NCBI GenBank assembly: GCA_973895155.1
Contig: OZ316896.1
Span: forward strand, 6,624,166-6,688,165
Direction: 5' to 3'
Origin: Marsupella aquatica
Lineage: Eukaryota; Plantae; Marchantiophyta
DNA: 64,000 bases
Shown piece after piece: positions 13,101 to 23,303 of this stretch. Positions within the stretch are counted from its first letter, which is position 1; each line of letters opens with the position of its first letter. Both the position numbers and the translations under genes were made by a program. A model generated the notes under the pieces. That model searched no databases and had not been told where the DNA came from. It saw only the letters and a list, made by a program, of their open reading frames with translations.

Positions 13101-14025
13101 GAATTATTGCGATACTCCATACGGGGGAGTATGATCAAATTTCGCAGGTCATCTCCGCTTGTCAAGAGTCCAAGAAATTCCAGTGTCATGGAGATTCCCC
13201 ATGACGACATTGGGAACTAATTACGTGTCCAGGAGATATTGTTCTGGATTGGGCTGTAGGTTCGGGGAGTACATTTGTTGCAGGTGATAATTGTGGTCGT
13301 TTTGTAATTGGACTCGAGAATAGGAAGGAGTTTGTGGAAACCGCTTCTAAGGTATTTCTGGATCTTCTTACTCCAAAAGAGTCTGAGCCCAAAGCCCCTC
13401 CAAAGTCTTCAATTTCAAAACAAAAGAGAGACAAACTGAAGTCTGTTTTAAATTTTGATTCTGAAGATGAGGATGAGACAAAAGAGGGGGAAGAAGAGGA
13501 GGATCCTAACATTCCCAAAGTGTCCCTTACCGGAGAAGATCCAGGATCTAATGGAGGGAGTGACAGCGGAGACTCTTCTGAGTAAGAAGCTTCCGAGTAA
13601 GCTCTTAAGCAAACCCTTTTTGGGGGTTTTTTAGTAGATTACCTTATTCTCTCTTAGATTTCTCGTTGTTTTTTTCGTTTTTTAAAATATTCTTGGTGTT
13701 GACATAAACCCCTAAACTTCTCGTCCTCAGGTCAGACTGGAATCTTCGCCGGCATTTCAAACTCAGAAGGAAAGTAGCTAGGCGATATATTAAAACTCCC
13801 GAGAAACCATTTGTACTACCTTCCTATGCTGAGAATATTGCTAGACGAGCTGATAGTGTGCGGATCCTCCATTGGGAGCATAAAGGTTTGAGATTAAGGA
13901 GAGGGTCTGATAGAAAATTTATTCGTAGTCGATATGTTGATGATATGGCCGAGAACGAATTTTTAGACATGGAGGCAGAATCCACCGACAGGTCCGAGTC
14001 AAGTGAATCAGAATTCTCAGATTGA
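10160..14025 (+). pseudogene. ParB/Srx-like domain + beta-class N4C/N6A DNA methyltransferase-like fusion; join(10160..10920,11091..12424,12546..13581,13731..14025), two in-frame stops
   Basis: ParB-like: IPLCRLVHMEVVR...IEKLKDSFRSSGYNP...FSVFDGNHRLYSW. MTase motif X-I-II-like: ELITCPGDIVLDWAVGSGSTFVAGDNCGRFVIGLE (~13214-13320, missed by the ORF track). A degenerate motif IV-like VDAGFIYLPTG lies upstream. All three GT-AG introns preserve frame. Stops are TAG at 12238 and TGA at 13202. The start codon is uncertain. Confidence 0.75.
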
Positions 14026-14699
14026 TTTCCCTCGGACGGGTATTTTGGGATTTATATACACTGAAGTTATACTAGCGCCGGGCGCTACTGTTATGTAACC
14101 TGTAAAAATCGTTTATTCAAATGTATTCGATACATTGGATACTTTTTTGGTGTATCTTTATTCTATTATGTTCTCTATATTCGAATGTTTTTATGGTAGC
14201 GCCTGGTGCTACCATAATTTAATGTCCATGATCATATACCCGCATATTTTTCAATTTGGTTTTGTCCATTTTCAGGGTAGGTTTACTTCCTAAGACTGGA
14301 CATTCCGATTGGTCGAAAACAATTGACCTGCAACTCCGTTTATTTTGTGTCTATTTCTCAATTGAATTATGCTAGCGCCTGGCGCTAGCAAAACATATTT
14401 CGGAAACATTGTCCGTTAAGTGTTTTCCACATGTCAGCGACAACTATTTTGTTTGTTCCTTCTGTTATTAACGTAAACATTTTAATACTCTAATATTAGC
14501 GTCGGGCGCTACTATAACTGTATGACGGTCAAGGCTATCTTACAATGATTCTCCCGTACGCTCTGGATGACGTCATTGGAAGTTTCAAGGTAATATTTTG
14601 TCCCGTTCTAAGTTCGTTCGGCCTGTCGCGACTCGCATGTGAGCTGATACCGGATTTTTCTCATACAAACGGTCACTTCACGTCACAACGGGACTTTGC

Positions 14700-15521
14700 A
14701 TGCAAGAAACATTTCGGGATTCCAATAATGGTTTTGGTCGACCATTTTTGAATGGAGACGATGGTAAACATCGCAACTATCATGTGAGATGGGAGTGACC
14801 GTTCCATGTTGAACGGGTAGTTTGGGGACTTTGAGGGTGCAACGTCCAACCCCTCCCTCATTTCGGTGGGCGTATCCAGGTCGAATGGATTTGCTTATAA
14901 TACTTGGGAGATTAAATCCCGACTGCCTTGTTTCGCTACTGCTTTATTGGTTTCTGTTTCCACTTTCGATAATCTTCGAGCTCTTTCGCTGACCGGGGTC
15001 GTATTGACAACTATATCTTTGAATCTGCCTAGAGGTGTCTTACCATGAATTACCCGAGGAGAATCTCCGTGGCCTCTTTTCAGAGACACACAACAATCAT
15101 TTCAGAGGAGGGCTCGGTTCCAGAAACTGAGCAGCCTGAATGGTCGGAGACAACTGCTTTCTACAACCATTTTAGTCTCCCCCAAGACGAAGCCATTAGT
15201 CCTGGTGACAATCTGATCCCATGGCTGAGGGATTCTCCGCCTAGGAGATTTGCAGAGCGGTTTACGATTCACTGACCACCTCCTCCTTACAGTCCAACTC
15301 GGGAGGATGAGATGAGGAAACAGGAAGAACTTGGCCGTGTTGATTTCCAGAACACGACCATTCCTGGCGTGTTTCCCCAAACCGGTGATGAGCGAGTTCC
15401 GTCGATGGCGTTCGTGAGGAACCGTGAGCACGGTTTCGTTCCAGATAGAGCCCGATCTAATGCTGGAGTGAACGATAAATGTGGCTCATCGACCAATGAG
15501 CGAACTAGCGCCGGGCGCTAG
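14700..15521 (+). pseudogene. Possible decayed third ORF of the MULE element, unknown function
   Basis: ATG 14700 and ORFs 15045..15275 and 15312..15521 share one frame, interrupted by several stops. No recognisable motif. Confidence 0.25.
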
Positions 15522-15990
15522 TGTTGGTCGATAAGACTATGGTGCCCATTGCGCTCAAGTTTTTCCAAATGTGATGAAGACTTCGTCGGGACTCGACCGG
15601 AATTTAGAAATCTTGTCGTTAGAGTAGCCATTTTGGTTATCGATTGTGTGGAGTTCGGTGAAGTGCCTACCACTAGTTTACTGTTTGGCCATTTTAAGCG
15701 AGAGGCATCGGAGCCGCGTTTCTTTTTGAAACTTTCATACCTTTCGTTTACGGTGTGGTTATGCGGATCACTTTTATCTTTTGTAAGCGCCTGGCGCTAC
15801 CATCTTACTTAAAAAAATTGTATCGCAAGACTTTGTGGCTTTGGGGTGGCGTTCAATTATGCGAATTGGTTGGAGTCTGTTCTTTTGGATGTATAACCCT
15901 AAATGTTGGTCCGATGGTCCCTGTGGTTTCGTCATATTTATCACGTCGGCCTCCGTCTGACTGAGCGGTATAACTAGCGCCCGACGCTAG

Positions 15991-16341
15991 TATCTGCACA
16001 AGTCCATAGCCAAAGTCAACCCGTGCCGATACGAGACCGAGCAAGCTTACAAGAGAGCCATTCGCTTAGCCGGCCGTAATCACTATAACGACAACTTTGA
16101 CCTCCCATTTCAGAGTGAGCTTTGCCAAGTCGACAAAATCAGCGAGTACTTCTTTGTCGACGAGAAGTACGTTGGGTTCCAGGAAGCGCTTCTTTGGCTT
16201 CCAGACAAGGTTTACCATCTCCCGGGCACGATAGACTTGCAGGCGCATCACTACAACCATATCCCCGCCCAGGTTCAAGCCTCCATAGAGTCAGTTTGGC
16301 CCTGCCCGAACAAGCAAAACTCCTATCTTAACATCACTTGA
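15991..16341 (+). pseudogene. 5'-truncated open frame (YLHKSIAKVNPCRYETEQAYK...SYLNIT*), probably an LTR-retrotransposon accessory ORF
   Basis: About 116 stop-free codons with no start codon. It begins directly after the last palindrome and ends just before ORF 16367. Confidence 0.4.
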
Positions 16342-16366
16342 CTTCCCCAGGGACTTCCTGAATCTA

Positions 16367-18522
16367 ATGGCGCCTCCCCCAGCTGCCACTGGCGCCCACC
16401 CATCCGTGTCCGCGCCAACACCGCCCCAGCCTCAGCCAAGCCGATCTCCACCACCGATTGCACCACCTCTCCGAGTGCGATCCGTGGTAAATGCGGTGAA
16501 TATTAGCTTTGAAGACAAGGAGGCTCACCCTCCTCTGAACGGACGGCCGCGGGGTATGACTCAGCAGGCGCCAAGCAACCCGGTGCCACTCCAGCCAGCC
16601 CGAGGGGATAACACGGTGACTCTAGCGGCCCCGGCACCAATACTCACGGCAGTACCACTACCGCCGCCCGACCGGGAGGATGGGGAGATGTCCCCCTCTT
16701 CTAGTCACCCCGGGAATCAGTCTCGAGGTAGAAAGAGAAAGGAACCCGTAGCTATATCTGGGTTGCCTTTAGCCATGGTTGCAGTGGCCAAGCTGACCAT
16801 GCATCGCATGGGGGATAACGTTCACAAGAACATCCTCCACCCCAAGCATGCATGCTACCTAAAGACCCAAGGGTTTGAGCACCTCGCCTCTCTCCCTTGG
16901 AATGGAAGCAGGTACTACGGGCAGGATATGACGGAGTTCATTCAGAACTTTGACGAGGCCCGTCAACAAACCAGCGCACACGGGAGAGTGATGTGTCTCA
17001 ATGAGGCACGTTTGAAGATGATTTTTGGCCTACTCGAGGGGATAAACCGGGTAGAGTCTCGGGCTCCTAGGGGCAAGGGAGCTAAATACCAGTCCTCTAG
17101 CTTCCCGACCGAGGGAGCAGTGGACAACGGATTCTTGATGAGGACGTGCGTCATCCCGGGGGTAGCAGAACGCCTGGAGTTCCAGCGGTATGCCCTTCAC
17201 ATGATGGAACCACGAGGTGAAATATCCGCCGCCCAGGTCATACAAGTAGAGAACTTTTGGCCTAGGAGGTGGGCGTCCTTCTTCATCAAGAAGTTCCACG
17301 AGGAGATGGAGCGAAGAAGGAAGACCTTATACCTTGGCGGAAAGGCGTACTTTGCGAGCCACATCAAGATCATCATCGAGTGGTACGTCCGTTTTGACCG
17401 CCGAAGCCTTCCCTGTAGCAACGAGACGGAATTGACTCCGTCAAAGTGGGTGTTCCTGGCTTAGGAGAGGCGACCGCAGCCCAAGGCCCAAAACCTGGTT
17501 GTCGCAAGACCTGCTTCCCCGACCCCGCCACCAACGGCTACCGCCCGGCCAAGCGTACCCATGGACGCAGTTATCGCGACCTTGGAAGCAATCAACCAGG
17601 TCAACGCAATCAAAGCCGGGCCGACTGAGGCCAGACCCGAACCCGATACTACGGTGGCCAAGGAAATCCTGCCACCCCCACGGCTGTGCAGGAGAACCGA
17701 CCAGTGGAACCAGCCCCTTTGACAGACTTACCTCAAGGGCTGGATGTTTCCACTCCTACTCCCGCGCGGGCTGGGGTCTGCCTGTGCCCAAATCTAGATG
17801 GGCATAGTCTGGACCACCCAGAACTCTTTGCGCCGGGCACATTTTTGAATGGGTTGTTGGGAGATTTCTCTCAAAAAATCGCACGGGATACCGGGGAATA
17901 CATGGCACAAAAGGTGGCCTACTTCTTCAACCAGGAGTTGGTTGCAGCTATAAAGGCAGGACGTGCGCAAGCTGAGATGGCGCAGAGAATAGAGCGGTAC
18001 CGGGTTGAGTTTGTCTACCTGAAGGACGAAGTGGCAGCCCTAGAGATTGAACTCCAGCAACTGCAACCTCAGGTAACGGCCACGGAGGATCAGGTTGTCA
18101 AGGTCAGGGCCCGGGCAGCCTTAGCAGAGCAGGCCAGGCTCGGAAAGGACTTCGAGATCGCATGGCTCCGAACCAAGATTGACGGTTTGAAGGGACAAGC
18201 CGTCATTTGGCAGAAAGATCTAGAGGAAGTTGACTCTTGGTCTCAGCGGAACGCAGCCGAGATAGACACCCTGAAGACGGAGGTGGCGTGGCTTCAAGGA
18301 GAAGCCACGAAGCAGGCCCAATTGGTGGACAAGCTGATGAGCGACGTCCAGCAATTGGAGGAGACATGCCAGGAGGCCGCAAAGGAGACGGACACAATGA
18401 AGCGTGAGAACAAATCTCTGCTGGACCAGGTCCAGCTACTCAAGCAGGATGCCGACAGGCTCAAGAGGCAACAGGATAGTCGCTCCTACTCAGGCGGCTC
18501 TGGCAATCGTGCCAGGCATTAG
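16367..18522 (+). pseudogene. Accessory ORF of a Ty3/gypsy-type element: Pro-rich N-terminus, plant-mobile/Athila-ORF-like domain, coiled-coil C-terminus
   Basis: MTEFIQNFDEARQQTSAHGRVMCLNEARLKMIFGL resembles the EFYxN...G..i....i...lgl pattern of such ORFs. The frame continues past TAG 17462, then shifts near 17686 into a heptad-rich ORF. It lies upstream of a PPT and LTR. Confidence 0.6.
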
Positions 18523-19437
18523 CGGCGGAGTAGGATTAAAATAGAGTTAGGAGTAGCTAAATCGGGCTATAGGAACAAGCGCCTGCCCTAGTTAAAGCGG
18601 TGCTGCCATACTGTCCAGCCTACGTAGATTAGAATCTTCTAATAAGAAAAGTCATTTTCTGGCCTGACAACCAGCTTAGTTAGGATCTTAGTTAGTGAAT
18701 ATTTGGGCTTGAGGCCACTCCGGTCCTTGGCCCTTAGTATTTAGTGTACCCCTCGATAGAGGCAGGGGGTTTTTAGTCTCAAAGTTGGACATCCGTAGTA
18801 TGTGCAGGGAGTCCCAACCTCTGTGAGTGAAAGAGTACCAAGGGGAGGGGGTAGGACTAAGCTTTCTGGGCGAGTGCGGAGCCGGGCTCCGTTGTAGTGT
18901 ACACCCTCGGCCTTGGACCTGTTCATTCAAGAGCTTTCAGGTCAACTAAGTGTACGTGTATGTCCCCTATATAGTAAAATCCTTTCCCATTATTTCTTTT
19001 GTGTAAATCAAGATTGTATGCTTGTGCGTGTGCATATGTGTGAATCTCGTGTATGGATGCCAACGCTTGGCCAAACTCACTACCCGAGCCGTGCACGGGG
19101 TGCAACTTGCGGGTAAGTGGTTGCGAGCACGAGTTGAATGACCATATCATCAAATCTGGATTGAAGGCGGACAACACAAAGGCTTAGAAGCCCGTCAGCC
19201 GGGGTCGATCCCGCTATCAACTAAGGTACGTTTCGGCGGCGGAACACAAACCATACCTAGGAGGTGTCCGTAAGTAACAGTAGACGCACTTAGCGGTAGT
19301 TTACGTGAGTTAGGTGCATTCCGTGCTTTCCTCCCTGCCCAAACCCTCATATTTACAAAGGATGTGCCTGTCTAAGCCGAAGCCCGGGTTAAGGCCTAGG
19401 TTGACAACGTGACACATGGCGGAAGGAGAAGGGCCGT

Positions 19438-20077
19438 TGTAGGATGTGGACAGGGCAAGTGGCACTTTGTTGGCTTATATAGCTTAGATAGTATTAGGGG
19501 TCCAGATCCATCAGGTTTTTGGCTTAGTCAGGTTGAAATTTATTTTAGATTAATAAACAAGAATATCACGGTGGAAGGTCGTGATTGAGTGGTTAGGATT
19601 TCCGCGGTTCTTTGAGGTTACGCTGCAAGGATAAAAACCTGGGCAGCGTGGCTGGGAGGGGCTTTTTCTTAGTCAAGGCTTTAGTGTAAATCTGTATTGT
19701 TGTGAACACAGGAAGCTCTCGGCTAAATCTAGACCGCGGGGTATCAGTAAACCACAAGTTCCCATGGATTTCTGTGCAATTGTTTGAATTGAGTTGGCCT
19801 TGTTGCCTAGTTTGCAGACTCTTGCCAACCAAGGAGTTGTGTTGTGATATCCGCTGCTTGATCGATTTAAGTCAGATAAGGTGAAACTGTTGAGCAAAGT
19901 ACGATGACATTGTCTTGATTGGAGACTGCCAAATCAAACTCTGAGAGAAAAGTGAGGTATTGAGAGTGTTAGTCGGTTAAAGTGTGGGTTGAGTCAGTCT
20001 GAAAAAGACCTTCAGCCGGCTTAAGAAATTAAGCCGTAGAGATACATTCCGGGGGCAGAATACAAATATACCCGACA
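19438..20077 (+). mobile_element. Putative 3' LTR of the gypsy-type element
   Basis: Purine tract GGAAGGAGAAGGG (19421-19433) precedes TGTAGGAT. The end ...ACCCGACA gives TG...CA termini with imperfect inverted ends. No second copy is present to confirm. Confidence 0.55.
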
Positions 20078-21056
20078 AAGTCAAGGAGAAATTAGGTGTC
20101 TCTGCAATGCACGATTCACAAGCCTAGTGACAGAATCGGTCCAACAAGTGTGGATCAAAGGATAGGCCACGTTTCCAAGCAGGATAGTTGCCAAACTGCT
20201 AGAAGCCGGACATAAATCAGTGGTTTATGATCGGTTGCTGGTAGTTCTTGGGGTTAGAGGTGCAGGGAAACGTACCATAGTTCCTGATCAGAGGTGGGCT
20301 GATCTGGTCTTTCCTTGGGCAGGTGTTTGTGCCTATGGCGGCGATGGGGTGGTTGCCAATCCTACTGGTTCGTGGGAGCCATGTTGTGGTTGTTGCCCAT
20401 GTCCCTGGGCATGCTGCAGCCCGGCTCATGGAGAAGGCCAATGCAACCCATTTTCCTGAGGATCTTTTCTACCCTTTTTCTCTCAAGATCTTTGGGCCCT
20501 CCCACCCTATCTTTGACCAATTTCTACGGGCTTGTGGAATCTTTTGTTTAGAACAGAGGCCGTGCCCCCAGTTTTAGTCCTTGTGGCCTTCTTTAGGCTT
20601 CTGGTATCCATTGCTCTTCAATGTGCCCAGGCTTTCACCATTCTTTGTATGATTGAGACTGTAGGTTACTTTCATTTATTCTAGACAAATCCTTCTATGT
20701 GACCCTCCTATGCGGTTCACTCCGAGCTCTACCATGCTTTTCAGCTAACTAGGGTTTTTACCCTTTCCGTTGTAGGCTTTGTTTTCTCTTGGGTTAGTTC
20801 AGGGTTCTTGGACTTGTGGGGTCTCTCTAGCCTGCTTGCAGTCTCCCTCTCATGCTTCCCCCCTTTTATTGGGTCTTTTGCATGTCCCTATCTCCCGGTT
20901 TGGCCTCTTGTTCTCTGGCATTGTGATATACATTTCCCTCCCGTCCTTCAGGCAAACTTTTGTGCCTTTTGAGGTTCTCCTCCTGTAAAGTAATTAAGCT
21001 GCCCTTCTTCCAAAATGGAAAATTTGTGGGGATCACCAAAACAATAATTAAAACTA

Positions 21057-21882
21057 CTGTCTTCCCCCGAACACAGCGCCCAGGCCGCTGTGTTTGAATA
21101 TGGTCAAAACAGGGACTTTAGGCAAAAAAGACATTTTCACTCAAACACAGCGCCATATTAACACATCGCCCGGGCGCTGTGTTCAAAATTGATTTTGTGT
21201 TTGAAAATGTGCACAAGTGACTATAGGAGAAAGGTAATTGGGTTGCAACTACAATACGTTACTTAAAATCGTCCGACACATCCGCACTTTCAACTTACAA
21301 AATCCATAGTCCTTTGAGAAATGTAAGCTAATTTCAAACTCCTTCATTCTCAAAGAAGTGTGTTGTTTCCCAATTGTTAAGCAGCAAACCGGAAGTATTG
21401 ATATATACTTCTGCTGTGTGAACTTTCAACGGACTTTCACATCAACCTCTGATTGACGCCACGTTGTCTTGTAAAAAAAACCCATAGTGCCTATGTGCAT
21501 AATTAGGTCTGATGACTCACTTTCTCTATTTCCAATTTTCCATTGCCCTCAAGATCAAGGCACTCTAATAGAAACAAAGCAGTCTCGCGAACATTGCAAG
21601 CTGCATGAAGAAAGATTGAATAATAGAAACAAGCAAATTGGCCACATTAAACCAAACAACTGTGAAAAGTGGACGAATATGTTATACTAAGTGATTACCT
21701 TTCAAGCAGATTACCTTAAATTTGAACACAACGCCACATTTTGAACACAACACCACAAGTCCAAAAAATGAAAACATTGACTTCAAACTCAAACACAACG
21801 CCTTGGGCACTATATTCAAATAGAGCACCCCTTGGCTCACTATTGGAATATAGTGCCCGGGCCTTGTGTTGGGGGAAGAGGG
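21057..21882. mobile_element. Tc1/mariner(pogo)-type MITE with TA target duplication
   Basis: Imperfect TIRs CTGTCTTCCCCCGAACACAGCGCCCAGG / CCCGGGCCTTGTGTTGGGGGAAGAGGG, flanked by TA at 21055-56 and 21883-84. Subterminal AACACA(G/A)CGCC repeats. Confidence 0.75.
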
Positions 21883-23303
21883 TAGCACAAAAAGTCTAGA
21901 GTGGCAAATTCTAGATTTGATCCAAAAGTTATTTAGTGATTGCCTCAAGTTGCTTGACCCTACTTTTTTCTCAAGTTGCTTTACCCTACTTTTGTCCAAG
22001 TTGCTTGATCCTATTGCAAAATCTATAATTGCTCCAAAAGTATATATTGCTTAGGCGTCACTTTTGCTTGAATTTACTATGGTCCAAAAGTTATTTAGTG
22101 GTTGCCTCAAGTTGCTTGATCCGTCTTGATCCTATTTTCTTGTCCCTCCTACAAGAGACGGGTGGCATGGGATATCCAGGTTTTATTTTCTTTTATTCTT
22201 AACACGGAAAGGGAAACCACTCCAAGTTGCTTGACATGGAAGTAATAATGTTCGTGAAATCTTGTCACGAAGCATAGTAGACCGGTGATCATCGTCTTTG
22301 TCCTTGTCAAACAGACACTCTCTATAGTCTGAAAGACAAAAGTGTCCTACTCTTGCACCTTCTCTCTGTTTTTCATACTTTAAATAAAAAATATCTTTCG
22401 AAGTAAAAGCGAAGTGTTCTACTCTGAACTACTAGGTGTGAGTCACCAGCTTTTGGGCTGGTTTTAGACAGTGGAGTCTTCTTGCTAGGGATTGGTCCTT
22501 TACGGAACCAGTCCGATAATTGTGGCTTTTTCCGAGCCTTTCTTGTCTATGCGGTTTAAAGAATTCTTGGGTTATACACTTTAAAGATTCCTTGCACGTC
22601 CAAAAGAAGCTGTACCGACAGACAAAGATAGGATAAAATTTGACCTGATTCGACGAGAAGTTGCGCACTGCAATCGCGATTGGGCTCAACTGTGAGTTCA
22701 ATGAAGAACAAGAAAAGCGAAAAGAAAAGCCAGACAATGGTCGGAGAGAGACGTAGGGGGCGTAGGGGTCCGGGTCTCTGGTCTTCGATTGAAGAGACTG
22801 ATCGATCAGAACAGGGCAAGAATTCTCGTATCAGTTTCTCAATTTCTCCTAGCGCAAATTGGTGGCAGTCCTGGGGTCAATTTGGGTACATTTAAGCCGG
22901 CGTGTTATGTTGAATGTAGGCGGAGCAACCACTGAAGGCTAAGTAGGTGGGTTTAGATCATCTGATTTAGCTCTCCTGTACTCTAACGGCGGTGCCGGGT
23001 CGTGCGCTCTTCATACCTGTAGGTGTCGCAGTTCTTTGGGCTGAATGTAAAGCAAGAGTTGTTTAGTGCAGCTGCGATGCCCGTTCCGAGCTATGCGTGT
23101 TTTGAATAGATTGGCGGGAACTGACTGACATTCTACCAGAAAGCGGAGAATCAGAAGAACAGGGATGTTTGACTGCGGCGCAACTCATCTTTCACTTGTA
23201 GCTTGAGGAAGGAAGACGTAGGAGAGACAGGGTTGACCTCAAAGGCGGGCGGTTGGAATTGAACGAGGAATTGAAGTGTGTAGGAAGGCAAAATATTCGA
23301 ACC

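Larger units (their letters stand above)
5133..15989. repeat. Dispersed 15-bp palindrome TAGCGCCNGGCGCTA, 18 copies
   Basis: Core starts at 5133, 5348, 7043, 7113, 7189, 9493, 9555, 9700, 9773, 11050, 12456, 14073, 14197, 14373, 14497, 15506, 15785 and 15975. Each has 0-2 mismatches, and the arms often extend further (e.g. 14191-14217). Confidence 0.95.
5133..15991. mobile_element. Mutator-like (MULE) DNA transposon carrying a ParB-MTase-like accessory gene; termini not found
   Basis: Contains a MULE DDE transposase plus a divergent second gene. The extent is defined by the first and last copies of an element-specific palindrome. No TIR or TSD was identified, so the element is probably truncated. 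Confidence 0.75.

Noticed and set aside
10160-14025. Bacterial contamination as the source of the ParB-MTase gene
   Set aside because: The gene has three frame-preserving GT-AG introns and is embedded among plant TEs.
5133-15989. CRISPR array or bacterial REP interpretation of the palindromes
   Set aside because: Spacing is irregular (about 60 bp to over 2 kb), there are no cas genes, and the context is eukaryotic with spliceosomal introns.
15973-15991. Helitron 3' end (hairpin + CTAG|T)
   Set aside because: CTAG is part of the palindrome arm rather than downstream of a hairpin, no Rep/helicase is present, and the transposase is DDE-type.
20078-21000. Possible minus-strand gag remnant (KPGHIEEQ knuckle-like)
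   Set aside because: Too degenerate to support a call.
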